Shown here: positions 12,803 to 26,516 of the stretch, piece after piece
Numbering within the stretch: position 1 is the stretch's first letter
Layout: each line of letters begins with the position of its first letter
Assembly (NCBI GenBank): GCA_026770705.1
Contig: JANJGN010000121.1
Span: 1,054,001 to 1,118,000 of the forward strand
From: Isurus oxyrinchus
Taxonomy: Eukaryota
Direction: 5' to 3'
DNA: 64,000 bases
Translations under genes and position numbers: made by a program
The notes under the pieces: generated by a model
The model's input: only the letters and a program-made list of their open reading frames with translations
What the model was told of the DNA's origin: nothing
Database searches by the model: none

Positions 12803-13252
12803 GACAGCGCAGCACTCCCTCAGTACTGACCCTCCAACAGCGCAGCACTCCCTCAGTTCAGACCCTCCTACAGTGCAACACTCCTTCAGATCAGACCCTC
12901 CGACAATGCAGCACTCCCTCAGTTCAAACCCTCCGTCAGTGCAGCACTCCCTCAGTTCAGACCCTCCGACTGTGCAACACTCCCTCAGTTCAAACCCTCA
13001 GACAGTGCAGCACTCCCTCAGTTCAGAACCTCCGCCAGTGCAGCACTCTCTCAGTTCAACCCATCCGACAGTGCAGCACTCCCTCAGTTCAAACCCTCCG
13101 ACAGTGCAGCTCTCCCTCAGTTCAAACCCTCCGACAGTGCAGCACTCCCTTAGTTCAGAGCCTCCAACAGTGCAGCACTCCCTCAGCTCAGACCCTCCGA
13201 CAGTGCAGCACTCCCTCAGTACTGAACCTCCGACAGTGCCGCACTACCTCAG
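12803..13252 (+). repeat. 33-bp minisatellite array
   Basis: Regular tandem units. Confidence 0.92.
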
Positions 13253-14749
13253 TTCTTCTCCGCCGATGCTGCCAGACCTGCTGAGTTTTTCCAGGTATTT
13301 CTGTTTCTGTTTCTGTTTTGGATTTCCAGCATCTGCAGTTTTTTTGCTTTTAGTGCTGGGCAGTTCCTCAGCAAGGATTCGGGCCACAAAACATTGCGAG
13401 TGCTGTGGGTCTGCGCCACGATTTAGAGAGCTGTGCTTGGCACGCCTATTCTAGTCCCAGTCCAGTGTGGTGGGGACAGCCTGGCAGTCCTGGGTTGGTC
13501 ATGCCCAGCATGGTATGAGTGACGTGGTCAGTCCCTCACACACGTCGGTCCTGGGGGTGGGGGCTTGATACTAGGCCGCAGGTGGCACAATCCCAGTCAG
13601 GGGAGGCATCTGCAGCCTGTCAGTGGGGAGCAGGTAATATAGAGAGTAGGGGTGGGGGTGGGAATCGAGGGGGGCCGGTGGTCTCTGTAAGTCACAGTAC
13701 AATGGGCCTCTAGTTGGAGAGAGGTCAGATCTACATGGGGCATTGGGATGTCAACATCAGACAGTCTAGGGAGGAGGACTGGGATGTCAACCCCGAACAC
13801 AATAAGATCAAGGATTAGAGAGGAAGGGAAGAGACTGATTGGAAGGAGGGGAATGTGCACATTATGCTCCTCCAGCACGATGGGAGGGACTGTGATGGTT
13901 ACGGGGGTGGGGGGGGTGACGTGTGAGGGGATAGACGCTTACCTGGTGGTATTGCCTCAGCCTCACCCTTTTTCAAGCTGATCCAATGTCGCAGTTGAAG
14001 AATAAGCCACAAAACAAATTGGCAGGGGAGGTCTCCCAGGGCCTGTGGGAGACATCACCCACTGCATCTTCGGCCTGTTTGAAGGGGCACCCGAACAATT
14101 CCGGCTTTTCCAAATGATGAGGAAGACACAGCTGCACCCCGAGTCCCCTACTGGGGATCCAGAAGGTTGCAATAGCGCTGCGAGGGACTCATGGGCTCCA
14201 CAGTGACTCCCTAATTAGCGACTGGAAGGTTTATGTTCATTTATCTTTATTATCCGTTCATATTGAGCAATGGAGCTCCTGATTTGTCACCTTTCTGTAC
14301 CTCGTCCAATGCTTCTGTTATCAGGACTTCCACATCGATGTGAAAGAGACATGATGATAGCAGTCGCACAATGGGAATGGCACTAGGCCAGTGATCCAGA
14401 GGCCCAGGTGAATGCTTTGAAGACACGGGTTCAAATCCCACCACGGCAGCTGGAGGAATTTCAATTCGATTAATCAATAAATTTAATTGATTGATACATT
14501 TTTTTCTTATTCATTTCAGGGATGTTGGTGTCGCTGACTAGGCCAGTATTTGTTGCCCATCCCCAATTGCCTTTGAGAACATCTGGATATCTGAGTTAGG
14601 ATCAGGAGTAGGTCACTCAGTCCCTTGAACCTGCTCTGCCATTCAGTAAGATCATGGCTGATCTGATTGTCACCTCAACCTCACATTCCTGGCGACCCCC
14701 AATGACCTTTCACCCCCTTGTTAATCAAGAATCTATCTAGCTCTGTGGA

Positions 14750-16690
14750 AGGGGAGCCAATCAATCGGGCTGCATTGTCCTGGATGGTGTCAAGCTTCTT
14801 GAGTGTTGTTGGAGCTGCACTCATCCAGGCATGTGGAGAGTATTCCATCACACTCCTGACTTGTGCGTTGTAGATGGTGGACAGGCTTTGGGGAGTCAGG
14901 AGGTGAGTTACTGTCTGCAGGGTTCCCAGCCTCTGACCTGCTCTTGCAGCCACAGTGTTTATATGGCTGGTCCAGTTCAGTTTCTGCTCAATGGTAACTC
15001 CCAGGATGTTGATATTGGGGGATTTATTGATGGTAATGCCATTGAATGCCAAGGGGCGATGGTTATGAATGGTCTGTGGAATATTCTGGTACAAAATTTC
15101 AACACTCGGACTCCAGATGCAATATTCAAGTGGTTCCTTTATTACGCATGTGGGGAGCAAACGCTGGGCAGTCCAGGCGCTTCTCCACCGAGGTTCAAAT
15201 GAGCACAGTTTATATATTTTTACTCTCAGTTACAAGGTAATGGTATTAGTTAGACAAAGGCCACAGCACAATGACCCTCCAGTGGGCTGATAATTGTGTT
15301 CTTGTACAGTAATTACAGGGCAGAGACTGGCTATTGTCCTTTTGAGACAGCAAAGAATCTATGTTTGTTCGCTACAAAAGGTTTCCGGGGGCTGACTGGA
15401 TGTGGTTCAAGGCCATCGGACGGTGTGAAATAACCTTCCCCATTTCTTGATTGAGTCACCCAGTGTCCTTGTGTGTGTGTCTCCCATTTCCTCATTGCAA
15501 ATTTCCAACTGAGCCCTTAGTACAGGTTTTTAAGTTTTCACGTAAGGATGTGTACGCTTTGGCGCCCTAGCTGCTGGTCCTGGCTGGCTCTTGAACATAA
15601 ATCCAAATTTTCTGCACCTTCAATGAGATTCTCTCTTGTTGGAGCTGGTCATTGCCTGGTACTTGTGTGGCATGAATGTTACTTGTCACCTGTCAGCCCA
15701 AGCCTGGATGTTGTCCAGGTCTTGCTGCATTTGGACATAACTTGCTTCACTATCTGAGGAGCCGTGAATGGTGCTGAACATTGTGCAAACATCAGCAAAC
15801 ATCCCCACTTCTGACCTTATGATGGAAGGAAGGTCATTGATGAAGCAGTTGAAGATGTTTGAGCCTAGGACACTACCCTGAGTAACTCCTGGAGTGATGT
15901 CCTGGAACTGAGATGATTGACCCCCAATAATCACAACCATCGTCCTTTGTGCTGGTTATGACTCCAAGCAGGGGAGAGTTTTCCCCCGATTCCCATTGAC
16001 TCCAGTTTTGCTCGGGCTCCTTGATTTGCCACACTCAGTCAAATGCTGCCTTGATGTCAAGGGCAGTCCCTCTCACCTCTGGAGTTCAGCTCATTTGTGC
16101 ATGTTTGAACCAAGGCTGTAATGAGGCCAGGAGCTGAATGATCCTGGTGGAACACAAACTGAGCGTCAGTGAGCAGGTTCTTGCTAAGCAGGTGCTGCTT
16201 GCAAGCACTGTTGATGACCCCTTCCATCACTTTAGTAATGATCAAGAATAGACTGCTGGGGAATTGGCTGGGTTGGATTTGTCCTGCTTTTTGTGTACAG
16301 GATGTACCCCATAGCCGGGTAGTTGCCAGTGTTGCAGCTTTACTAGAAAATTCCAGAAAGCTTGGCTAGGGGCGCAGCAAGTTCTGGAGCACAAGTCTTC
16401 AGTACTATTGCCAGAATATTGTCAGGGCCTGGAGCCTTTGCAATATCCAGTGCCTTCAGCCCTTCCTTGATATCAAGTGGAATTAATCGAATTGGCTAAA
16501 GATTGGCATCTGTGATGCTGGGGACCTCCGGAGGAGGCCGAGATGGATCAGCCACTCAGCACTTCTGGCTGAAGATTGTTGCGCATGCTTCAGTCTTGTC
16601 TTTTGCACCGATGTGCTGGGCTCCTCCATCATTGAGGATGGGGATATTTGTGGAGCCTCCTCCTCCAGTGAGTTGTTTAATTGTCCACGA
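14750..16690 (-). mobile_element. CR1/L2-group LINE remnant interrupted by an insertion
   Basis: RT fragments GVTQGSVLG..FINDLP..FAD (15686..15940) and LNWTSHINTV (14681..15160). Confidence 0.85.
15066..15622 (-). mobile_element. Solo-LTR-like insertion
   Basis: TGAATGGT...ACCTTCA termini; splits LINE sequence GATGGTTA|GATTCTCTC that is contiguous in the copy at ~36620; TATA-like and AATAAA signals on minus strand. Confidence 0.6.
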
Positions 16691-17189
16691 CTGGATGTGA
16701 CATCTGGAATGCGAAGCTAGTCTCAGTAATGGTGACCATGAAACTAAGGCCAACTGTTGCAAAAACCCATCTGGGTCACTAATGCCCTTTGGGGAAGGAA
16801 ACCTGCCGTCCTTACCCATTCTGGCCTACGTGTGACTCCTGACCCACAGCAATGTGGTTGACTCTTAACTGGCCCCTGAAATGGCCGAGCAAGCTACTGA
16901 GTTATATCAAAACCCGCCACAGACCAGTCAAACCAGGTGAACTGCAGCACTTCGAAAAGGCAGCTCAGCACCCCCTTCTCCAGGGCTCAGTCAGGAACAG
17001 GTAACAAACGCTGTCCACATCCCGTGAAAGAATTTTGGTAAAAAGGTAGCCGTGTATCACCACCCACGGCCAGCGCCAACCCCCCCACCCCTACCTGATT
17101 GCACCAGTTTCAGATTACACCAGGTCAATGAACGGATAGAAACCCAAACCAATGAGATGAGCACAGAGAAGGATCAAGCCAGAGAGAGT

Positions 17190-18167
17190 TGGTGGGAAGA
17201 ATTGGGAAAGCTACAAAAAAGACAGAGCGGACACTAACACTATAACAAAGTAAAGACCAGAGGAGGAAGGAAGCAAGTGTGAAGAGGAATTGAGAGCAGA
17301 GCTGGTAGGCTGCTTGTCGAAGCCAAGGAACCTCCATAGGGCACACCCACAGTGCTGTTGGGGAGGGTGATACATGATTTTGACCCAGGATCATCAAGTG
17401 TTGCACTGGCAGAGCCTTTAAAGTAAAGGAACCTTTACTACCCGTGCACCCCCCCCGCCCTACAAAGCTGTTGACCTGCTGAGTCCACCTGTACAGGCAA
17501 CCTCCAGACAGTTGGCTACAGAGGCCATTGCAGCTGCTGAATATGACTTCCAGTTTCAAACCCTTCATGAATGCAAGGATGGAGAATTCAGCAGGAATAT
17601 TCCTGCACATCCTGTGGCAGATCCTGTAAATAAAAGGGACCTTCACTCACTCCCCAAAGCTGCTGACCTGCTGATTCACATCTACAGGCAACCTCCAAAT
17701 AGTAAACTAGAGAAGACAATGCAGCTGCTGAATGTGACTCCTAGTTTTAAACCCTTCACTCTGGAAAGAAGGAATCCAGTGCAATGGCCTCAGTATGATT
17801 CTTCACAGAAACTGATTTTAAATCTCATGTCTAAGTATTATTTTTCCTTTGCTTACATTTTAATCCCTGCACCTGATGGCTTTATCGCTTCAACTTAAAT
17901 AACTTTCAGCAGGAGCCAGGTTCAAATTGAATGGACAAGCTGGCTTGGGAGGCCAAAAGGCCTACTCCTGCTTCTGTTTATTTATGTTGGTGTTGTTATG
18001 TAGTGGAACTAGAGAGGTTATAGCAGTTATGAGAACATTAAGCAAACAGCAGCAAGAATTGAACACCTACGTTGTGGTTTATGAAAAGGTTTTCAACCTG
18101 GTCAACTGGTAAAATCTGTTGAAAGTGGGCTATCATGGCGTGTGCCCTTTGTGAGATATTTGTAACA
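17190..18167 (+). mobile_element. LTR-like element with an internal diverged direct repeat
   Basis: 17464-17570 resembles 17656-17760; element ends TGTAACA; left boundary uncertain. Confidence 0.35.
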
Positions 18168-18539
18168 ACGTTCTCGATGTCGGAACAGTTTGCATTGAAC
18201 AAAGCTGATCTTTACCCAGAACTTCAGAGGAAGGGGGGACAATTGTTCCCTGGTGTGGGGGGCATGGTGGGGGGGGAGGGTGAGGGAGAGACAAGTAGCC
18301 TGAAATACCAAGCCAGACACTTTGTGAAGACACAAGTTGTTTATTCATTTTTTTTCACAAATCATAATCTTTACAATTAAAGTCCCGACAAGATAATGGT
18401 GAATCATGAACACATTGTCAGGGTGAATCTGTGCCCGGGAGCATAAAGCAGCAAAATCAGGAGCCCGCTTTCCATCTCTCTGAATTTTAACTATCATTAA
18501 CCCCAGTAACATCCATTCAAATGACTTAGTCATAAGATT

Positions 18540-18694
18540 CCTCACACATTCACTTGCACACTCACACACCCACACCCACACAGACACACTGACACACTCA
18601 CTCATTCACATTGACACACACTGACACAGTCACACACACCCACACAGACACACTGACACACTCACTCATTCACATTGACACACACTGACACAGT

Positions 18695-18727
<33 letters not shown>

Positions 18728-18885
18728 ACACAATCACACACATTCACATTGACACGCACTGACAGTCACACATACACACACACACGCTGACACAATCACA
18801 CACATTCACATTGACACACACATATTGACAGTCACACACACACACACACACACACGCTCATAAAGACAGACACAAACACAGTCAC
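18540..18885. repeat. CA-rich compound microsatellite
   Basis: (CA)n with repeated CACATTGACACAC sub-units. Confidence 0.9.
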
Positions 18886-19767
18886 GTGAGGTGAATAGTG
18901 TCGATGTATTTAAGGGGAAGCTGGATAATCACATGAGGGAGAAATGAATAGAAGGATATGGTGATGGGGTGAGATGGAGAAGGGGTGGGCGGAGACTCGT
19001 GTGGAGCAGAAACTCCAGCATGGAACAGATGGGCCGAATGGCTCCTTTCCCTGCTGTAAAACGCAGGTAAACTTTCAGTTGGAATTAATGAACAGGGCCT
19101 GTGTGAAATAGATTGCTAAGCAGTAGATAAGGAGGGGAGAGGCTGTGGCATGGTGCAGGATGACCTTGCGTGAATGAGGCCAGGGTCTAATATCTACAGC
19201 AGAGACCACAAGTCTCATTTGGTTCTCTCCAATTACAGCAGTTACAGCAGAATCTGCAGAGCTGCTGTCTGCCCATTCTCTTCTGGCGCTGCAGCAAGGA
19301 GCCCTGGAAAAGCAGGAGCACAATAGGTGAGAACATTCCGGAAAGAAAGAAGGCATCATTTCAATCAGGCGCGTCATTGGAAGGAGGATGGCGCATTTCT
19401 ATAGCGCCTTTCCCCTCCTCAGGATGGCCCAAAGTGTTCCACAGCTGAAGGAAGGACTTTTTCTGAAGTGGGCTCACCGCTGTAATGTAGGAAACGCAGC
19501 AGGCAATTCACGCACAGCAAGATCCCACAAACAGAAATGTGATAATGGCCCCGATTTTCAGTTTTTTACCAATGTCAGTTGAGGGATAAATGTTTGCCCC
19601 AGGAAAGCAGACATAACTGCATCCCATCCACCCCCCATCACCCCCTCCACACATACCCCCAACTCCTGACGCACTTCATTTAAATTGTGGCCATGGAATC
19701 CTCTACATCCATCTGAGAGGGCAGATGTTGTCTCAGTTTAACATCTCATCTGAAAGACAGCGCCTTC

Positions 19768-20000
19768 AACAGTGCAGCACCCCCTCAGTACTGACCCTCC
19801 GACTGTGCAGCACTCCCTCAGTACTGACCGTCTGACAATGCAGCACCCCCTCAGTACTGACCCTCCGACTGTGCAGTCCCCCGCCGGTACTGACCCTCTG
19901 ACAATGCAGCACTCCAAGACTGACTGTCTGACAATGCAGCACCCCCTCAGTACTGACCCTCCGACTGTCCTGCCCCCCCGCTGGTACTGACCCTCCGACA
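19768..20000 (+). repeat. 33-bp minisatellite array
   Basis: Tandem units. Confidence 0.9.
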
Positions 20001-22159
20001 GCTCGGTAATTTCTCAATTATGCCTGGTGGTCCTTTTAACTCAGAGCTGAGAGTTGCAGAGAATCGAGCAGACACCCTGAACTGACACTTGCAGTGCAAG
20101 TACTGGGAGCGCGCTGGTCATTATCATGCTGCTGTCTGTGGGATCTTACTGTGCGCCAATGGCTGATTCTTTTCCCACAGTACATCAGTGACCTCACATG
20201 AAAGAAAAAAAGCACTTGATTGTCTGCGAAACAGTTTGGGACGTCCTGATGTGTTGGAAGGCGCTAGAGAAATGCAAGAGTTGACGTTTCGAGTCCTCAT
20301 GACCCTTCTGAGGACTCGAAACGTCAACTCTTTTCTTCTCCGCCGATGCTGCCAGACCTGCTGAGTTTTTTCAGGTAATTCTGTTTTTGTTTTGGCTTTC
20401 CAGCATCTGCAGTTTTCTTTGTTTTTATAGAGAAATGCAAGTCCTCTTTGTCTTTCACTCGATCCTCTAAGGTGTCTGTTGATTAAACAGCCTCTCGGTG
20501 TTTGATGTAGGCCTGGTTATAAACAGGTAGAAGGATCAAATATCAAAAATGCTTTGGCTGACAGTCAAACCGATTGTGCATTCGGAGAGATTAGATACGG
20601 TCTGCACACAATGACTCCAGTCTCTGGCACTGACTGCCGCCTGGGGTCTCCCTTCCACATAACACTCACAACTTGCATTTACACAGCGCCTCTGACATTG
20701 CAAAATGTCCCAGCCCACATTACCGGAGCGTAAATCAGAGAGAAGTCTAACACTGAGTCACATATGGAGATATTAGGGATAGGTGACCAAAAGCTTGGTC
20801 AAAGATGTCAGTTTTTAAGGAGCGTCTTAAAGGAGAGAGAGAGAGAGAGGCAGAGAGGTTAAGGGAGGGTATTCCGGAGCTCAGGGACCCAGGCAGCTGA
20901 AGGCACGGCCACCAATGGTGGAGCGATGGGAATCAGGGGGACCCGGGAGATGCAGTAATGTCAGAGATTTTGGAGGAACATCGGGACCGGAGGAGGTGTT
21001 CTCCTGCTCCATATCTCTCTCTCTCTTCCTCTCATCCACTCCTCCTCTCCCTGTCTCTCTCTCCAACTCTTCCGCTCAATTGCCCTCTCTCCCAATCTTT
21101 CTCTCCTCTCTCCCTTTTCCTGTCTCTCTCCCTCTCTCTCCCCTGTCTCCTTCTCCCACTCTGTATCTCTCCCTCTCTCTCACACTATTTTTGTACCTTT
21201 GTACTCTGTAACTCTTCCTTCCCTGTTAATTTCTCTCTCTTGGACAATCTCTCTTCCCTTTTCACTTTCCCTCACTCTGCATCTCTTTAATTTCTCCCTC
21301 TGTCACTCTCTCCCACCTATGTTCTTTCCCTTTCACCCCTCCCCGTCCCACTCTCTGTCTCTCTCTTCCAATCCCTCCCTCCCCCATTCCATCCCTCTCT
21401 CCGACTCTCGACTCCCAGCCTCTCTTTAACCCACTCCCAGGCTGGATCAGTCTCCCTCTCACTATTCCCGGCGTGGGTTACATTTAAAATTCCTGTGGGG
21501 ATATGTTCACTTCCTTGGAATTGTCTCTTCCCAGCTTTGCAAAAAAAGGGGGCGGGGGGGGGCTCGATTTCAAACATGCCTCCTGAGTATAACCGAGACA
21601 GACTGCCACTGAAATCAGCTTGAAATCAGAAAACTTTCTGTGGAAGAAACGAGCAGGGAGAAACCTTAAAATAAGGAATGAATTTCCACCTACCGTGTCC
21701 GGGGAATCCACAGATTTCTCAATCGTCGAAGAACCTAAAGCAGTGTCAACCTGCAAAAAGAAAGAATTTATCAGGGAGAAAGTGAGAGGAGGATTGAGGG
21801 AGAGGGAGAGAGAGAGAGAGAGGTACAGGAGAGAGAGGGGGAGGAGGACAGACTTGCATTTCTCTAACGCCTTTCACCACATCCCAAAGCATTTCACAGC
21901 CACTGAAGGATGTTTTTGAAGTGCACTCACACTGTAGGAAATGTGGCAGCTGATTTGTGCACAGCAAGATCCCACAAATAGCAATGTGATCATGGCCTAG
22001 ATCATCTGTTTTTGGTGATGTTGGGTGAGGGATAAATATTGGTCCCAGGACACCGGGGAGAACACCCCCTGCTCTTCCTCCAAATAGTGGCTGTGGGATC
22101 TTTCACACCCGCCCGAGAGGGCAGACGGGGGACTCGGTTTAATGTCTCATTCAACATTG

Positions 22160-22440
22160 TTGTGCTCCCTCAGTACTAACCCTTTGACACTGCAGCACTC
22201 CCTTAGTATTAACCCTTCGATAGTGCTGCGCTCCCTCAGTACTGACCCTCCGACAGTGCAGCGCTCCCTCAGTACTGACCCTCCGACAGTGCAACACTTC
22301 CACAGTACTGACCCTGTAACAATGCAGCACTTCCTCAGTACTGACCTCCGACAGTATAGCACTCACTCAGTACTGTCCCTCCAGTAGTGCAACACTTCCA
22401 CACTACTGACCCTCTGACAGTGCAGCACTCCCTCAGCACG
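22160..22440 (+). repeat. 33-bp minisatellite array
   Basis: Tandem units. Confidence 0.9.
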
Positions 22441-22489
22441 GAGTGTTGACCGACGTTATGGGACTGAATTCCCTGGAGTGAGACTCAGA

Positions 22490-23466
22490 CCAGAGATTTA
22501 GGTAGGGTTGTTCCGGCTGGAGGAGGTTACAGAGATAGGGAGGGTTGTAGAGGCTGTAGGAGATAACAGAGATAGGGAGGGTTCTAGAGGCTGCAGGAGG
22601 TTACAGAGATAGGGAGGGTTGTAGGGGCTGTAGGAGGTTACAGAGATAGGGAGGTGAGTAGGGGCTGTAGGAGGTTAAAGAGATGGGGGATTTGTGGGGG
22701 CTGGAGGAGGTTACAGAGGTAGGGAGGGTTGTAGAGGCTGGAGGAGGTTACCAAAATAGATACTGTTGTAGGGGCCACAGTAGGTTACAGAGATAGGGAG
22801 AGTTATAGTGTGGAGAGGACGTTATAGAGTTCATGAGCATTGTAGGGGCTGGAGGAGGTTACAGTGATTCTGAGGGTCGTGGGGCCTGGAGGAGGTTACA
22901 GAGATAGGGAGGGTTGTAGGGTCTGGAGGAGGTTACAGAGATAGGGAGGGTTGTAGGGTCTGGAGCAGGTTACAGAGATAGGGAGGGTTGTAGGGTCTAG
23001 AGGAGGTTACAGTGATCATGAGGGTTGTGGGGCCTGGGGGAGGTTACAGAGATAGGTAGGGTTGTAGGTGCTGGAGGAGGTTACAGAGATAGGGAGGTTT
23101 ATAGGGGCTGGAGGAGGTTACAGAGATAGGGAGGGTTGTAGGGGCTGGAGGAGGTTACGGAGATAGGGAGTGTTGTAGGGGCTGGAGGAGGTAACAGAGA
23201 TAGGGACAGTTGTAGGGGCTGGAGGAAGTTACAGAGATAGGGAGGGTTGTAGGGGCTGGAGGAGGTTACAGATATAGGGAGGGTTGTAGCGGCTAGAGGA
23301 GGTTACAGAGATAGGGAGGGGTGTAGGGGCTGGAGGAGGTTACAGAGATAGGGAGGGTTGTAAGGCCTGGTGGAGGTTACAGAGATAGGGAGGGTTGTAG
23401 GGGCTGGAGGAGGTTACAGAGATAGGGAGGGTTGTACGGGCTGGAGGAGGTTACAGAGATAGGGAG
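22490..23466 (+). repeat. 37-bp minisatellite (GGGCTGGAGGAGGTTACAGAGATAGGGAGGGTTGTAG)
   Basis: About 1 kb of tandem units; an inverted short array lies at 24210-24395. Confidence 0.95.
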
Positions 23467-24781
23467 TGGCTGAGGAGGGATTGAAAACAAGAATGAGAAT
23501 TTCAGGGGAAACGACAGAAGGAAATGATGTTAAATTCATAGAGGGCGACAATATTAAAGGCACGAACATAATAATATCAAACTGCGGAAGTGACCAGTCT
23601 ATCTGGGTGGTAGATGTAGAGTCATGTGCAAGAAACACCTCACCCAGAGGGACATCTCTTAGCTTACCCTCGACAAGGAGAAGAAGTGACTCAGCTGCAG
23701 GGAGAGCAGCAAAGTCAGAGTGAACAAGACAAGTCGCCATTTCATCTGGGAGCTTCCCATCTCTGCCTGTCTCTTCTGATCTTCTGGCTCTGCTTTGATG
23801 CTTTGGTTTGTAACTAGAGGAGCTTCCTGCTCTTATACCTGAAACACTTGAAGGGGACAGCCGCGGGTGGGTAGCTGTGTGGTATCACACCCATTTCTGG
23901 ATATTGCAGTGTCGATGTTCCCTGTCCCACTGGCCTGGGACCAGCAGTAAGGTCACTGGGACATTGACTGTCTGGCGCCGAGAACTATCAGTCCCTCCGC
24001 AACGCCCTTCACCTTATGCAAATATGTGTTCATATTGACGCAACACAACATAGCAAAAACATAGCGGCTGGTTCTTATGTCGGCAAATCAGGTGAACCAC
24101 ACGCCCCCTAACCCCTTACTCCTCTCATTGCTACACTTACTATTTTACAAATTGTGTGCGTTGCTTTTATTTGGGACAAGGGGCCTCGAGGGGGAACTGA
24201 TTTACAATTTGTAACCTCCTCCAGCCCCTACAACCCTCCCTATCTCTGGAACAGTTTCCAGCACCTACAACCCTCCCTATCTCTGTAACCTCCTCCAGCC
24301 CCTACAACACTCCTTATCTCTGTAACCTCCTCCAGCCCCTACAACCCTCCCTATCTCTGTAACCTCCTCCAGCCCCTGTAACCCTCCCCATCTCTTGAAG
24401 GGTTCTCAAAATTTCCAACTGTCAAGGAACCCTGGGTTGGTGAGCGTGACCCCTGACCTCTCCTAGTGCAATTTAGTTAGGGTTTGGGGGTGGGACAAGG
24501 GTAAGGGCATTAGTAGCGTGATTCTCCCTCGTTATGCCGTGTGTTCCCCATTCTTAACTCAGTGTACTTTGTAAGTCTGTATAATCTCAGTGTCATCCTA
24601 ATGTTAGAAGTTCATTTGTGACTTCAGTAAACTCAGTTTTTGTCTTGCACCAAAACCAGTTGTCTGCTGCACTTTGTGACAAGCCCCGAATAAGTCCAAG
24701 GTCTAGAACCCAGGGATTGGGAGTGATTCAGACGGCTCAGAAGTCGCAGGTGAAGCTGACACACACCACCACACCCTACAA

Positions 24782-25142
24782 GGGGCTGAATGGCCTCCTC
24801 CTGTTCCTGTGTAATGGGCATCAGTGGCTGAATGGCCTCCTCCTGTTCCTGTATAACGGACATAAGTGGCAGAATGGCCTCCTCCTGTTTCTGTGTAACA
24901 GTCTTGAGGGGGCTGAATGGCCTCCTCCTGTTCCTGTGTAACAGTCTCGAGGGGGCTGAATGGCCTCCTCCTGTTCCTGTGTAACAGGCTCGAGGGGGCT
25001 GAATGGGCCTCTTCCTGTTCCTGTGTAACAGGCTCGAGGGGACTGAATGGCCTCCTCCTGTTCCTGTGTAACAGGCTTGAGGGGGCTGAATGGCCTCCTC
25101 CTGTTCCTGTGTAACAGGCTCAAGGGGCTGAATGGCCTCCTT
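24782..25142 (+). repeat. Tandem repeat of a LINE/SINE tail unit (GGCTGAATGGCCTCCTCCTGTTCCTGTGTAAC...)
   Basis: Tandem ~40-bp units matching the CR1-type 3' end motif seen elsewhere in the window. Confidence 0.85.
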
Positions 25143-25389
25143 CTGCACTGTAAACTTGTTGTGATACTGTAACTGCCTCTTTGGTTTCATTCAGCTGAAT
25201 CTTCAGCTCTTCAGTCTCTTCCTTGTATCTCTTGCCTTCCTCCTGGAACATTGGACATGGTTGGGTCTTCCCTGCCAACTGTTTCTTCAGTTTGCTCAGA
25301 GCGGCACAGAATTCGCTTTCTTTCTCTTCAGGATTTTCCAGTGGAACCAACTCTGACCTGAGGGACACTTGCAGCCTGTGAGGATGCTT

Positions 25390-26516
25390 CAATTCTTCAA
25401 ACTCATTCCGAGATACACTCTCATATTCCCCCAGCAACTCAGCAACTCCTCCAGTGAAACATTTCAGAGCAGCTGAGCTTGGTTTTCTGGAACCAGTCTC
25501 GGCCCAGAAGACTAGGGCCCTCACCTGTCGCTATGATCACTGGAAGCTGGGCTGTCTGCTGCCTGTAGGACACAGGTACTGGGATGAGGTCCTTTCCCTG
25601 TATGGATTCTCCAGTGTGTGTCTTCAGCTGATCCATTGTTGGCTCTAAATTCAGCGTCTGGGTTCCTTCATTTAGCTGTTTAAATGTGGGCTCTTCCACC
25701 ACTGTGTCTGAGGCTCCCGTATCTGCCCCATTACTAGTGGCTGCCCATTCACTTGGGTTGTGATGGTTATAGGTTCAGTTTTTACCACTGTGACATTGGA
25801 CAGGGAATAGACATCGGTATCAGCAGCTTCAGGCTCTGTGATATTATTCACTTCCATCATGTTGGTGCACTGTCTGATGGGCTGTCTCGATTTCACCCTG
25901 CATTGCTTTATTACCCGCCCCTTTCTTGTGGCAGTGATGGCATTCTGCTCCCTTGAACCTGCAGGTGTCCGGCACGAGCTCACTCCCCCCCACATCGAGA
26001 ACAGGCCAACTTCGGAGTTGCTGCTGAAATACTCCCACGAAGCCTTTTAGTTTCTGGAGCGGCAGAGACTGTCTCTCGCTTGGCGGCTGTCTCTCTCTCT
26101 CTCTCTCTCTCTCCAGTTTGAGCCTCACGCCCGGTGGTTGGTTCCTGTCCCAGCTGAGGACTGGCGCCATGTTGTACATCCTGTAAATCCCGCCAGTCTC
26201 TCCCAGCACTTTCCACGCCTGGCGCTATTTCCATGGTGCGCTTCAAATCGATGTCGGCTTCTGCGAGTAAACGGCTCTGAATGGCGTTGGAGTGAACGAC
26301 ACAAACCAATCGGCCCCGCAACATGTCATTGAGTGTGTCTCCGAGGTCCCAGTGCTCAGTCACCTGCTTCCACTTCACTGTATAGGTTGCGATTGACTCA
26401 CCCGGGGCCCTTACTCTGGAGTTAAACTTAAACCTTTTCATTATTACCCACGGCTTCAGCTGAAAACACATCTTCATGAGGTCGACTAATTGGTGAAAAG
26501 ATTTAGAATTGGGTGC
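25390..26516 (-). mobile_element. Gypsy retrotransposon fragment (gag, zinc knuckle, protease) interrupting gene C
   Basis: ORF 25980..26552 (KRFKFNSRVRAPGES, LNDMLRGRLVC), CHHCHKKG, GPSLLGRDW; same family as 340-2140. Confidence 0.88.

Noticed and set aside
12803-13252. Regular 33-bp (and 37-bp) arrays as CRISPR arrays
   Set aside because: Units are head-to-tail without unique spacers, there are no cas genes, and the context is a spliced vertebrate locus
12694-13454. Long repetitive ORFs (QCSTPSVQTLR / TVQHSLSSNPP) and similar ORFs at 8747-9154, 29371-29790 and 41268-41965
   Set aside because: Open only because the 33-bp unit is a multiple of three; they occur in several frames and on both strands
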